A stretch of 64,000 nucleotides of DNA from a virus. The first letter of the stretch is position 1. Every line of letters starts with the position of its first letter. Where the stretch lies: the IMG/VR virus record IMGVR_UViG_3300020473_000015; one strand, given 5' to 3'. The position numbers and the translations under genes are program-made. Shown piece after piece: positions 15,614 through 25,172 of this stretch. The notes below the pieces were generated by a model. That model was not told the origin of the DNA, searched no databases, and saw nothing but the letters and a program-made list of their open reading frames with translations.

Positions 15614-16080
15614 TTTTTGTTCTCCACTTCTTTTAGTCTTAATCTATACTCTACGACAGTTTTTTTATCAACTATCTTTTCTTTGTATTCCGCTAAGACT
15701 TTATATCCAGTAATTGTTAGCCTCGCTAGTGTATTTTCTGCATTATGCACTGTTCTTCCGGACACTACATCCACAATAAAGCCTATTGCGCTATTCACTA
15801 GTCTGGCTCTGTCATCTTTTTTAAAATCTTTTAGTTTATATGATTTATCTTCTTTGTGTTTATTCTCCATCCAAACAATTGTTTCTGCGACTAATGGTAG
15901 GAATGTTTTATTTGTTTTTTTGTCTTGCTGTTCGGTTATTTCGTATAATAAGCCTTTAATTGTTGCTAAGTGATCATCTTTTAGCTTAAAACATTCATTC
16001 TCGCAATATACAATCTCTGCTTTGGAAGTTGTTGAAAAAACTAAGGAAAGTAAGATAGCCATCAATGCTGATGTTCTCAT
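15610..16080 (-). CDS. secreted hypothetical protein
   Basis: Signal peptide MRTSALMAILLSLVFSTTSKA, SD GGAGG, 4-nt overlap with the protease gene. Confidence 0.75.
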   Translation of the reverse strand: MRTSALMAILLSLVFSTTSKAEIVYCENECFKLKDDHLATIKGLLYEITEQQDKKTNKTFLPLVAETIVWMENKHKEDKSYKLKDFKKDDRARLVNSAIGFIVDVVSGRTVHNAENTLARLTITGYKVLAEYKEKIVDKKTVVEYRLRLKEVENKK

Positions 16081-16156
16081 GTTTTTAAAACCTCCATTAA
16101 TAACTATGAATCAGGATAACAAAACAGAAGTTCTTTTTCATATTAACTTGGTAAGG

Positions 16157-16165
16157 ACTATTTAT
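16157..16165 (+). promoter_or_regulatory. putative phage late promoter (ACTATTTAT)
   Basis: Intergenic, 29 nt before the phoH ATG, with SD GGAG in between. Confidence 0.55.
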
Positions 16166-16194
16166 TATGTGTGTAATAAGAGAATCGGAGTTAC

Positions 16195-17505
16195 ATGGCA
16201 AAAAAAACTTATATACTAGATACTAGTGTTTATCTAACAGATGCAAATGCATTAACATCTTTCCAAAACAATGATATTGTTATTCCATTTAAAGTTTTGG
16301 AAGAGGTGGACAATCATAAAAAAAGACAAGACGGCGTTGGAACAAACGCTAGAAGCTTTATACGAAAGCTAGACTCTTTACGCGATAAGGGCTCACTTCA
16401 TACGGGCGTTCGAATAGAGAAGGGCAAGGGAATACTTTTTGTAAAGTCTCCCGAAACGAGCCCATTAGATATGACCGTTGCTGATAATGAAATCATTGTC
16501 ACCGCTCTTGAAGAAAAAAATAATAATCCTAAGAGAAAAGTAATTGTTGTGTCGAGAGACATAAATATGAGAGTTAAATGTGATGCTCTCGGCTTGATGA
16601 CAGAGGATTACATTGTTGGGCAGGTTGTAAAAGATACACAGCAGCTTTATGGTGGATTCAAAACACATTTAGTGGACGATCAAATAATCGATCAATTCTA
16701 CGCCGGAGAAAAAATATATTTAGAAAAAGAAGATATCACACTCTTTCCAAATCATTATATTCTGCTTGTCTCTAGTTCAAATGATAAAAAGACTGCATTA
16801 GCAAGGTTTTATGATTATTCTAAACCTCTTAAAAGAATTAACGGAGAATTTAAAAAAGGAGTTTGGGGAGTTAAGCCAAGAAACAAAGAGCAAAACTTCT
16901 CTTTAGACTTACTAATGGATCCAGATGTACAAATTGTTACATTAGTGGGCAAAGCTGGAAGTGGAAAAACTCTTTTGGCAATTGCCGCAGGATTGGCTCA
17001 AGTGGTTGAAAACGATAAAATAACGCAATACAAGAGGCTCATAGTATCTAGACCAATTCAGCCATTAGGAAAGGACATTGGATATCTTCCAGGTACGATG
17101 GAAGAGAAGATGACACCATGGCTAGCACCAATTCAAGACAACTTACGACACTTAATGGGCAACGACAAAGAAACCCTCAGAATGTATACACAGCAGGGCA
17201 CAATAGAGATCGAAGCACTAACATATATAAGAGGTCGCTCCATATCAAATGCTTTTATTATAATTGATGAGGCTCAGAACTTGACAGCACATGAATTAAA
17301 GACTATAATTACAAGAGTAGGAGAAAACACAAAAGTGGTTTTAACCGGAGATATTGATCAGATCGATAATGTATATGTTGATGAAACATCGAATGGATTA
17401 GCATATGCTGTAGAAAAATTTAAAGTTCATGATGTCTCTGGCCACGTCACTCTAGTAAAAGGCGAGCGATCAAAGGTCGCAACACTAGCAGCAAAAATTC
17501 TTTAA
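16195..17505 (+). CDS. phoH: PIN-domain PhoH-family ATPase
   Basis: PIN motifs ILDTSV..D and SRDINMR. P-loop GKAGSGKT, plus IRGRS, IIDEAQN and GDIDQID. Confidence 0.95.
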   Translation: MAKKTYILDTSVYLTDANALTSFQNNDIVIPFKVLEEVDNHKKRQDGVGTNARSFIRKLDSLRDKGSLHTGVRIEKGKGILFVKSPETSPLDMTVADNEIIVTALEEKNNNPKRKVIVVSRDINMRVKCDALGLMTEDYIVGQVVKDTQQLYGGFKTHLVDDQIIDQFYAGEKIYLEKEDITLFPNHYILLVSSSNDKKTALARFYDYSKPLKRINGEFKKGVWGVKPRNKEQNFSLDLLMDPDVQIVTLVGKAGSGKTLLAIAAGLAQVVENDKITQYKRLIVSRPIQPLGKDIGYLPGTMEEKMTPWLAPIQDNLRHLMGNDKETLRMYTQQGTIEIEALTYIRGRSISNAFIIIDEAQNLTAHELKTIITRVGENTKVVLTGDIDQIDNVYVDETSNGLAYAVEKFKVHDVSGHVTLVKGERSKVATLAAKIL

Positions 17506-17512
17506 AAAAATA

Positions 17513-17541
17513 TTGACAAATAAAATATAATAGTATATTAT
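17513..17541 (+). promoter_or_regulatory. sigma70-type promoter
   Basis: TTGACA (17513-17518), 17 nt spacer, TATTAT (17536-17541), followed by SD AAGGAG. Confidence 0.75.
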
Positions 17542-17559
17542 TGAAAAGGAGAATATAAT

Positions 17560-17964
17560 ATGAGTATTAATTTATTCAAAATTTTAAGCAACGTAAAGGA
17601 GAATGCCACTAGATATTGTCTAGGGTTAATTTTTCTTGTTTTTGGGTTGAACGGGTTTTTTAACTTTTTTTCAACATCAACACCACCGCAAGATGCACAT
17701 GCATTTTTGGGTGGCTTGGCCGCAGCGCCGTATTTCTTTCCCCTTCTGAAAGGCTTAGAGGCGCTCTGCGGCTTAGGTTTATTGTTGGGTCGACATGTCA
17801 AGCTAGCCCTCGTTGCGTTGGCACCAATTGTCGTTAATGTGGTGTTATTTCATGCATTTTTTGATCTAAGTGTTAATTCTGTAGTTGTACCTGCAGTTGT
17901 AGTATTGCTTTATGTACAACTTCTATGGAAGCACAAAGAAGATCTAAAGGTATTGGTGGACTAA
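17560..17964 (+). CDS. DoxX-family membrane protein
   Basis: RYCLGLIFLVFGLNGF, YFFPLLKGLE and LAPIVVNVVLFH. Four TM helices. Confidence 0.85.
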   Translation: MSINLFKILSNVKENATRYCLGLIFLVFGLNGFFNFFSTSTPPQDAHAFLGGLAAAPYFFPLLKGLEALCGLGLLLGRHVKLALVALAPIVVNVVLFHAFFDLSVNSVVVPAVVVLLYVQLLWKHKEDLKVLVD

Positions 17965-17965
17965 T

Positions 17966-18229
17966 ATGGACATTAATGATAATCCCGATCTTCTTAAACC
18001 AGTGGAAAAGTCTAATGAGCTAAAAGAGTGGCTAGTTGATTATGTTGGAAATACAGTTGATCCTGAAAATGGAGAAGTTAACGTAGAAATGATTATAAAA
18101 GTGGTTGCGGAACAGTTTCCAGAATTCCTTTTAGCTGTCGCTGAAGAAAATTTTATTCGAGGCTATCAGCAAGCGATATATGATTTTGATGAAGGAGAAA
18201 AGCTAATGAAAAAGGATGGCATTATTTAG
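17966..18229 (+). CDS. hypothetical protein
   Basis: 87 aa ORF packed between its neighbours. Confidence 0.75.
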   Translation: MDINDNPDLLKPVEKSNELKEWLVDYVGNTVDPENGEVNVEMIIKVVAEQFPEFLLAVAEENFIRGYQQAIYDFDEGEKLMKKDGII

Positions 18230-18922
18230 ATGAGAGATTACATTATTGAAAGTAGTAATCAAGCAAAAAGAAATAGTCGAGAACGACATATTTATGGGGA
18301 TAAGCTGGTCTTCTTAAAGGACCAGCTTCCCTATAATTTTGATCTTCAACATGTTTTAGATACAATTGAGGAGCTTATTCCTAAAAGTTTTTTCGAAAAT
18401 ATCGATGCGATATACGTAGGAAACTTTAGAGATCTAGATAGTGGCGATACACCTTTTAATGCAAAATATAAAGATGGTGCCTTATATATAACAAACAATC
18501 AAGAAAATGAGAATGATATGGTAGATGATATTATTCATGAAGTTGCTCACGCTGTTGAAGAACGTTATAATGAAGCCATCTATTCTGATAATGAATTAAA
18601 AAGAGAATTTCTTTCGAAACGAAAATTTCTTTATGATATTCTAGAACAAGAAGGATATGAACCAGATCCAGCCAAATTTAATGATACTGAATATAATAAA
18701 TATTTTGATTATTATTTATACAACATCGTTGAATATCCGACTTTAGAGAGTTTCATCGTTGGTTTATTTTATTCTCCGTATGCTGTAACAAGCATTAACG
18801 AGTACTTTGCTAATGGTTTTGAGAATTATTTTCTTAGAGATGTGAACTATTTAAAGAGTATAAGTCCTGTATTATATAATAAAATTAATAATATAGTAGA
18901 AGATTTAGAATATGAAAATTAA
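18230..18922 (+). CDS. zincin-like metallopeptidase
   Basis: IIHEVAHAVEE with a distal EYFANGFE third-ligand motif. Confidence 0.7.
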   Translation: MRDYIIESSNQAKRNSRERHIYGDKLVFLKDQLPYNFDLQHVLDTIEELIPKSFFENIDAIYVGNFRDLDSGDTPFNAKYKDGALYITNNQENENDMVDDIIHEVAHAVEERYNEAIYSDNELKREFLSKRKFLYDILEQEGYEPDPAKFNDTEYNKYFDYYLYNIVEYPTLESFIVGLFYSPYAVTSINEYFANGFENYFLRDVNYLKSISPVLYNKINNIVEDLEYEN

Positions 18923-18933
18923 GGAGAAACAAA

Positions 18934-19308
18934 GTGCAAATTAAATTTTTAGATGATACAACTGTTACAGTCACAGTAAAACTAGCTTGGGAAGATAAAC
19001 GCCCTGCAAATCCTGTAGTTGTGAGAAAAGAATCTGTTGTTGCTGATTTTTCTGCAGAAAATCCCTTATATATCGTTAAAGATATCAAAGGCCCCAGTAA
19101 AATTTGTAATTTTAGAAGAGAGGAAGATTCTCGCGGGGAGTGGACTTTAAGAGTTGAAAAGAAAAGAAAAACAACAGCTAAGAAAACAACAGCTAAGAAA
19201 ACAACAGCAACAGCTAAGAAAACAACAGCAACGGCTAAGAAAACAACAGCTAAAAAGGCTGCTATAGCTAAACCCGTATCCGCAGAAGCTAACAAGAAAG
19301 AGGTATAG
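18934..19308 (+). CDS. protein with histone H1-like Lys/Thr/Ala tail
   Basis: GTG start with SD AAGGAG, and C-terminal KKTTA repeats. Confidence 0.75.
   Translation: MQIKFLDDTTVTVTVKLAWEDKRPANPVVVRKESVVADFSAENPLYIVKDIKGPSKICNFRREEDSRGEWTLRVEKKRKTTAKKTTAKKTTATAKKTTATAKKTTAKKAAIAKPVSAEANKKEV
19168..19257 (+). repeat. coding repeat AAAACAACAGC(AACRGC)TAAR x5 (KTTAK / KTTATAK)
   Basis: Two 15-bp units, two 21-bp units, then one more 15-bp unit. Confidence 0.9.
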
Positions 19309-20085
19309 ATGCCACACATTTCCTTTTCAGAATTAAAAATATGGAATGATTGCCCTTGGAAACACAAATTAGTCTATTTGGATAAGATTGCTGGCTTTAA
19401 AGGAAATGAACATACCGCTTTTGGTACTGCAATGCACTCCACGTGTGAACAATTGGTGGAAAATAATATCTCTAATGCAAAGGACTATTTTCAAAAAGAG
19501 TTCCTAAAAGAATTAAAAAATCTACCAGAAGACTTAGAACTAAATAAAAAATTAGTTAGTGATATGCGCACTCAAGGGGTAACGTTGGTTGATCACGTGC
19601 TTCCTGCAATAAAAGAATATTTTGGCAAATATACTCTTGTTTCTGTTGAAGAAAAACTGTTCGAACCAATTGAAGATTTTGAAGGATACAACTTTAAAGG
19701 ATTTGTGGATTTAGTTGTTAAAACTTCGGATGGAAAGAGTCATATTATAGATTGGAAAACCTGTTCTTGGGGATGGGACACCAGAAGAAAATCTGAAAAA
19801 ATGACAACTTACCAATTAACACTCTATAAACACTTCTTTGGATTAAAACACAATATAGATCCTAAAAACCTAGAGACTCATTTTGCGCTTTTGAAAAGAA
19901 CTGCAAAGAAAAATAATGTTGAATTTTTTAGAGTTACAAGTGGAAATAAAAAAACTGAAAATGCACTTAAATTATTGAATAAAGCCCTCTATAATGTAGA
20001 TAATAAGAAGCATATTAAAAATCGCCTTTCTTGCCATGGCAAATTTGGCGCATGCGAATTTTATAATACACAACATTGTAGATAA
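19309..20085 (+). CDS. PD-(D/E)XK exonuclease, Cas4/RecB-like with Fe-S cysteines
   Basis: GFVDLV, IIDWKT and QLTLY. One N-terminal Cys (DCPW) and three C-terminal Cys (CHGKFGACEFYNTQHC). Confidence 0.85.
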   Translation: MPHISFSELKIWNDCPWKHKLVYLDKIAGFKGNEHTAFGTAMHSTCEQLVENNISNAKDYFQKEFLKELKNLPEDLELNKKLVSDMRTQGVTLVDHVLPAIKEYFGKYTLVSVEEKLFEPIEDFEGYNFKGFVDLVVKTSDGKSHIIDWKTCSWGWDTRRKSEKMTTYQLTLYKHFFGLKHNIDPKNLETHFALLKRTAKKNNVEFFRVTSGNKKTENALKLLNKALYNVDNKKHIKNRLSCHGKFGACEFYNTQHCR

Positions 20086-20094
20086 GGGGAAACC

Positions 20095-21363
20095 TTGGAA
20101 AATCAAAAGAAGATCAAAGTCCTAACACTTAGTGACATGCCTTTTGCTCCATCCGGAGTGGGAACACAAACAAAATATATGATTGAGGCTATGCTAAAAA
20201 CTGGAAAATATAAATTTTTTAGTTTAGGCGGTGCAATAAAACATGAAAACTACCAGCCAATAAAAACTGAAGAATGGGGTGACGATTGGATCACGATGCC
20301 AGTTAAAGGCTATGGAAATCCTGATTTAATTCGTTCTATTATTAGACAAGAGAAACCTGATATTCTTTGGTTTATGACTGATCCTAGATTTTGGGGATGG
20401 TTGTGGGAAATGGAAAACGAGATTAGACCATTAATACCTATGGTTTACTACCATGTTTGGGATAACAAACCCTATCCCACATATAATAAAAAATGGTATG
20501 ATTCTAATGATTTTATTGCATGCATTTCTAAAGTGACGCATGATGTTGTAAAAAATGTCACTCCAGATGTTAAGTCTATTTATTTACCGCACGCAGTTGA
20601 TTCTAAAGTGTTTACAAAGCATGACGAAGAAGATGTTATAGAGTTTACCAAAAGTTCTTTTGGTGATAAATATGATGAGAATAAATTTATCTTTTTCTGG
20701 AACAATAGGAATGCAAGAAGAAAACAAAGTGGAAGTTTATTGTTTTGGTTTAAGACGTTCTTGGATAAAGTTGGGCACGATAAAGCTACTTTAATAATGC
20801 ATACCGAAGTGCACGACCCTCATGGCCAAGATCTAGAGGCTATAGTCGAGAATTTGGGCTTGACAAACAAAGAAGTGCTTTTTTCACGCACTAAAGTCGA
20901 CCCTACAGTATTATCATTAATGTATAATATGGCAGACTGTACAATTAACATTTCTGATGCTGAAGGTTTTGGATTAGCAACTTTAGAATCTCTATCATGC
21001 GAAACTCCAATTCTTGTAAATATGACCGGTGGCTTACAAGAACAAGTGACAGACGGAAAAGAATGGTTTGGAGTTGGCTTAGAACCAACGTCAAAAGCTA
21101 TTATAGGTTCACAAGAAATTCCATTTATTTATGAAGATCGCTTATCTGAGGAAGCTGTTGTTGGTGCAATGTTAAAAATATATAACATGACAAAAGAAGA
21201 GAGAAAAGAGCTAGGAAGAAAGGGCAGAGAGCATGTCATGAAAAATTATAATTTTGAAAACTTCTGTGAATCATGGGATAAAACACTTACGATGATACAT
21301 GAAGAGATGGGCTCGTGGGGCAACAGGCGAGGATATAAAACTTGGGAGTTGAAGGAATTATAA
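20095..21363 (+). CDS. glycosyltransferase family 4 (GT-B)
   Basis: PSGVG, NRNARRK and SDAEGFGLATLES. TTG start with SD AAGGGG. Confidence 0.9.
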   Translation: MENQKKIKVLTLSDMPFAPSGVGTQTKYMIEAMLKTGKYKFFSLGGAIKHENYQPIKTEEWGDDWITMPVKGYGNPDLIRSIIRQEKPDILWFMTDPRFWGWLWEMENEIRPLIPMVYYHVWDNKPYPTYNKKWYDSNDFIACISKVTHDVVKNVTPDVKSIYLPHAVDSKVFTKHDEEDVIEFTKSSFGDKYDENKFIFFWNNRNARRKQSGSLLFWFKTFLDKVGHDKATLIMHTEVHDPHGQDLEAIVENLGLTNKEVLFSRTKVDPTVLSLMYNMADCTINISDAEGFGLATLESLSCETPILVNMTGGLQEQVTDGKEWFGVGLEPTSKAIIGSQEIPFIYEDRLSEEAVVGAMLKIYNMTKEERKELGRKGREHVMKNYNFENFCESWDKTLTMIHEEMGSWGNRRGYKTWELKEL

Positions 21364-22622
21364 TGAAGAAAAAAGTAATAGTCAGGGGACCAGTTTTAAC
21401 GCGGTCAGGTTATGGCGAACATGCAAGATTTGTTTTGAGATCTTTGAGACAAGTAGAAGATCAGTTAGATATTTATATTCACCCTGTTCCATGGGGAAAA
21501 ACCGGATGGATTTATGAGGACAATGAAGAAAGAAGGTGGTTTGACGATTTAATTAAAAAAACTGCAATCTACCAAAATCAATCTCAAGGAAAACCTCATT
21601 TTGATATGAGCATACAAGTGACAATACCTAATGAGTGGCAAAAGATGGCCCCTGTCAACATTGGCGTAACTGCAGGTATTGAAACTAATAGAGTGGCTCC
21701 TGTGTGGCTTGAGAAGGCCAACATGATGGATAAGGTTATAACTATCTCTGAACACTCAAAATATTCTTTTATGAATACAGTTTATGAAGGAATTGATAAA
21801 CATACAGGCCTAAAAGCAGTACTGAAATGCCGCAAGGAGATTGAAATTGTACATTACCCAGTTAAAAACTTCGAAGAAGTTGATCTAAATTTAAATTTAA
21901 GCACTGATTTTAATTTTTTAGCGGTTGCTCAATGGGGCCCAAGAAAAAATTTAGAGAATACTATTAAATGGTTTGTTGAAGAATTTATCGACAACCCAAA
22001 TGTTGGACTAGTAGTCAAAGCCTTTATGCAAGGCAACTCTATTAGAGATAGGCATGAATTAACAAAAAGATTTACAAATTTTTTAAAGCAGTATGAAAAT
22101 AGAAAATGCAAGATTTATCTTCTCCATGGAGACATGAAAGATCAAGAAATGCACTCTCTTTATAAACACCCCAAGATTAAAGCGCTGGTTTCTTTGACTC
22201 ACGGTGAAGGCTTTGGTTTACCCCTTTTTGAGGCTGCTTATTCTGGACTTCCAGTACTGGCTCCTGAGTGGAGTGGTCACATAGATTTTCTTTGTGCACC
22301 AAAAAAGAATAAAAAAACTGGTAACGAAAAACTTAAGCCTCATTTTGCTAGAATTGACTACGATTTATCTCCTATTCCAGAACATGCAGTTTGGGAGGGA
22401 GTTTTAGAAAAGGGATCTTTATGGTGCTATCCAAAACAAGGTTCATATAAAATGAAGCTTCGAGAGGTTTATAAAGAGTATGGCAGATTTAAGAAGCAAG
22501 CAAAAGACCTACAGAAGTGGGTGGCAGAAAATTTTGAAGAGAAAAAACAATATGAGAAGTTTTTCTCTTTTATAAATCCTGGGGGTGAGAGTGACGTCTC
22601 AAGCGACATTATTATATTATAA
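21363..22622 (+). CDS. glycosyltransferase family 4 (GT-B)
   Basis: TRSGYG, PRKN and THGEGFGLPLFEA. ATG overlaps the upstream TAA. Confidence 0.9.
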   Translation: MKKKVIVRGPVLTRSGYGEHARFVLRSLRQVEDQLDIYIHPVPWGKTGWIYEDNEERRWFDDLIKKTAIYQNQSQGKPHFDMSIQVTIPNEWQKMAPVNIGVTAGIETNRVAPVWLEKANMMDKVITISEHSKYSFMNTVYEGIDKHTGLKAVLKCRKEIEIVHYPVKNFEEVDLNLNLSTDFNFLAVAQWGPRKNLENTIKWFVEEFIDNPNVGLVVKAFMQGNSIRDRHELTKRFTNFLKQYENRKCKIYLLHGDMKDQEMHSLYKHPKIKALVSLTHGEGFGLPLFEAAYSGLPVLAPEWSGHIDFLCAPKKNKKTGNEKLKPHFARIDYDLSPIPEHAVWEGVLEKGSLWCYPKQGSYKMKLREVYKEYGRFKKQAKDLQKWVAENFEEKKQYEKFFSFINPGGESDVSSDIIIL

Positions 22623-23661
22623 TTGCAACTTGTTTGAAAATGAAGATTTTGTTATAACAAATAAATTTTTTGTCGAACAAGAAGAATTATTATGTAAAAA
22701 TTACACACCAACAGAATCTGTTTTTAAAAAAATATCTGTTAAATATAGCTGTGAATGGATTCAGAGCGACATGTGGGATGTTAATTTATCGGCGGTTTTA
22801 ATACCTATTAAAGATAATAAAGAATTAATAAAATTTACTATTTCCAATTTGAAAGAAAACGATATACATAAAAATTCTAATATTATAATAATTGACGACC
22901 GGTCCGAAGAAAATATTAAATCAATTGCCCTTGAAAATAACTTATCGTATTTAAGAGTTGATAATGACAAAGGATTTAATTTTTCTATGTTAAATAACAT
23001 AGCAGCAAAAATTTGTTATGAACTTGGCGTTAAAGATATTATTCTTTGGAACTCTGATCTGTGGTGTGTTAAGAAAGAATGGTTTTTGTTGCTTTTAGAG
23101 AAGCATAGAAATGAGCACTCCACAATATCTGGATCAAAACTAGTTTACCCTCCTTCTGAAATGTCTTTAAATGAAGAAGAAGATACAGAAAACATCAGAT
23201 CGTTCTTCCCTAACATGATTAATGGCAGATGGAGGGAAACAATACAATTTGGTGGATCTGGGTGGTTCACCATGGAGCCACGCACAAGTCCGGTATCCAT
23301 TTCTCCAATACATTGTTTTAGATTTTGTGATATCACAGACAATAGAGTTAATTGTGATAAAGGAGAAAGTTTTGTGACAGGAGCTTTACAAGTTATAGAT
23401 TTAAAATGGTTTATAGATGCGGGCGGCTTAAATCCAAGTTTATCAAAAAATTTTCAAGACGTTGATATATGCTTAAAGGCCATAAAAAACAATAAGAAGA
23501 TATTTTATTTTGGAAAAAACATGTATTTTTATCACGATGAATCAGCCTCTTTAGCCAAGGGGGGCAAACATGATGATCAGCTTTTTTCTGATCATGTTTT
23601 ATTTGGTAAGATATGGAATAAACATATATACAAATTAGTTTTGGGTATTGATAAATTTTAG
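22585..23661 (+). CDS. glycosyltransferase family 2 (start uncertain)
   Basis: IIIIDDRS, GFNFSMLNN, WNSD, VTGA and FQDVDIC. Confidence 0.8.
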   Translation: MRVTSQATLLYYNCNLFENEDFVITNKFFVEQEELLCKNYTPTESVFKKISVKYSCEWIQSDMWDVNLSAVLIPIKDNKELIKFTISNLKENDIHKNSNIIIIDDRSEENIKSIALENNLSYLRVDNDKGFNFSMLNNIAAKICYELGVKDIILWNSDLWCVKKEWFLLLLEKHRNEHSTISGSKLVYPPSEMSLNEEEDTENIRSFFPNMINGRWRETIQFGGSGWFTMEPRTSPVSISPIHCFRFCDITDNRVNCDKGESFVTGALQVIDLKWFIDAGGLNPSLSKNFQDVDICLKAIKNNKKIFYFGKNMYFYHDESASLAKGGKHDDQLFSDHVLFGKIWNKHIYKLVLGIDKF

Positions 23662-23727
23662 TTTTATAATAAAAAAGAAAAGAAAAAAGTTGTGGAATGG
23701 GAATATTGCTGGGATAATTTTTTAATT

Positions 23728-24264
23728 ATGGATTTGTCACATTATAAGCTTTTTAAATTAAATAAATTTTTTGATCATCGTGGTTATTTCTTCGAAAATT
23801 TTTCAAAGAATCTTTACGAAGTCTTTAAAGAGGAGAATATTTCTTTTGTACAAGACAACACCTCCTTCTCCAAAAAAGGAACTATTCGTGGACTACATTA
23901 TCAGTGGGACGACCCAATGGGTAAATTAATTCAAGTACTCAAGGGAGAGATAGTTGATTATATAGTGGACATTAGAGCAAATTCCTCTCAATTTGGCAAA
24001 GTTTATGACTTTAGATTAACAGAAGAAGACGAATATATACTCTGGGTACCTCCTGGCTATGCACACGGTTTTGAGGCAAAAAAAGATTCCATTGTTCAAT
24101 ATAAATGCTCATCTTTCTATAATCCATATGGCGAAGGGGGGATTAACTTCTTTGATAAAGATTTAAACATTTCAAGAAAAGGTGATAAAATAATACCAAT
24201 AATGTCGGAAAAAGATACAAAAGCGCAAACGTTTGCTGAATACAAATCAAATCCGAAGTTTTAA
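23728..24264 (+). CDS. rfbC: dTDP-4-dehydrorhamnose 3,5-epimerase
   Basis: DHRGYFFE, VQDN, IRGLHYQ and WVPPGYAHGF. ATG 23728 is preferred to the track GTG. Confidence 0.92.
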   Translation: MDLSHYKLFKLNKFFDHRGYFFENFSKNLYEVFKEENISFVQDNTSFSKKGTIRGLHYQWDDPMGKLIQVLKGEIVDYIVDIRANSSQFGKVYDFRLTEEDEYILWVPPGYAHGFEAKKDSIVQYKCSSFYNPYGEGGINFFDKDLNISRKGDKIIPIMSEKDTKAQTFAEYKSNPKF

Positions 24265-24284
24265 TTTATCTTATCGAGGTCTTA

Positions 24285-25172
24285 ATGAAAATTCTTGTTA
24301 CAGGTGGTCGCGGCTTTATTGGAAGCCACTTTGTTGAAATGGCTTTAGAAAAAGGTCACACTGTCATAGATTATGACAAAATGGGTTACGCCTCAAATAA
24401 ACATTTACCTTGGGACAATCACGAGAGATATTCTTTTGAAAAAGTTGATATATCAGAAGTGGAGTATATTCCATCCTGTGATATCATTGTAAACTTTGCC
24501 GCAGAAAGTCACGTAGACAATTCTATCAAAAGTTCCGAGGTTTTTGTTAAAAGTAATATTCTTGGGGTTTATAACCTTCTTGAACTTGTTAAAGGTAAAC
24601 CCTCCTATGACCGTCCTTTGTTTTTTCATATTAGTACTGATGAGGTTTATGGAGATACTTTAGATGGCTCTTTCACTGAAAAGGATATTTTAAAGCCATC
24701 AAACCCCTATTCAGCAACAAAAGCCTCTGCAGAGATGTTAGTTTTGTCTTATGCAAGAACTTATGATATCGAATACATGATTACTAGAAGTAGCAACAAC
24801 TATGGTGAAAGGCAATTCGAAGAAAAACTAATTCCCAAATGTATCTCTTCTATCCAAAGTGGCAAATCAATTCCAATTCATGGCGATGGTAGCTATGTTA
24901 GAGATTGGACTTATGTTAGAGATAATGTAAGCGCTATTTTTGCTCTTATTGAAAGTGGATGCAAAAATGATATTTTCAATATTGCAGCGGAAAATCATAT
25001 GACCAACTTACAAGTCGCAGAGCAAGTGATTGATTGGCTTGGTGAAGGTAAATATGAGTTTGTTGAAAATCGTTGGGGCCAAGACCTTCGCTATTCAGTT
25101 TCATCTGCAAAGTTGAGAGAGAAAACAGGATGGAAACCTGTTTATGAGAGCGGCCTACACAAGTGGTTTTAA
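24285..25172 (+). CDS. rfbB: dTDP-glucose 4,6-dehydratase
   Basis: VTGGRGFIG, NFAAESHVDNS, HISTDEVYG, NPYSATKA and SNNYG. Confidence 0.93.
   Translation: MKILVTGGRGFIGSHFVEMALEKGHTVIDYDKMGYASNKHLPWDNHERYSFEKVDISEVEYIPSCDIIVNFAAESHVDNSIKSSEVFVKSNILGVYNLLELVKGKPSYDRPLFFHISTDEVYGDTLDGSFTEKDILKPSNPYSATKASAEMLVLSYARTYDIEYMITRSSNNYGERQFEEKLIPKCISSIQSGKSIPIHGDGSYVRDWTYVRDNVSAIFALIESGCKNDIFNIAAENHMTNLQVAEQVIDWLGEGKYEFVENRWGQDLRYSVSSAKLREKTGWKPVYESGLHKWF

Noticed and set aside
19309-20085. CRISPR-Cas locus
   Set aside because: Stand-alone Cas4-like nuclease only. I saw no other cas genes and no repeat-spacer array in the window.
23648-23670. sigma70 promoter before rfbC
   Set aside because: TTGATA and TATAAT are only 11 nt apart.
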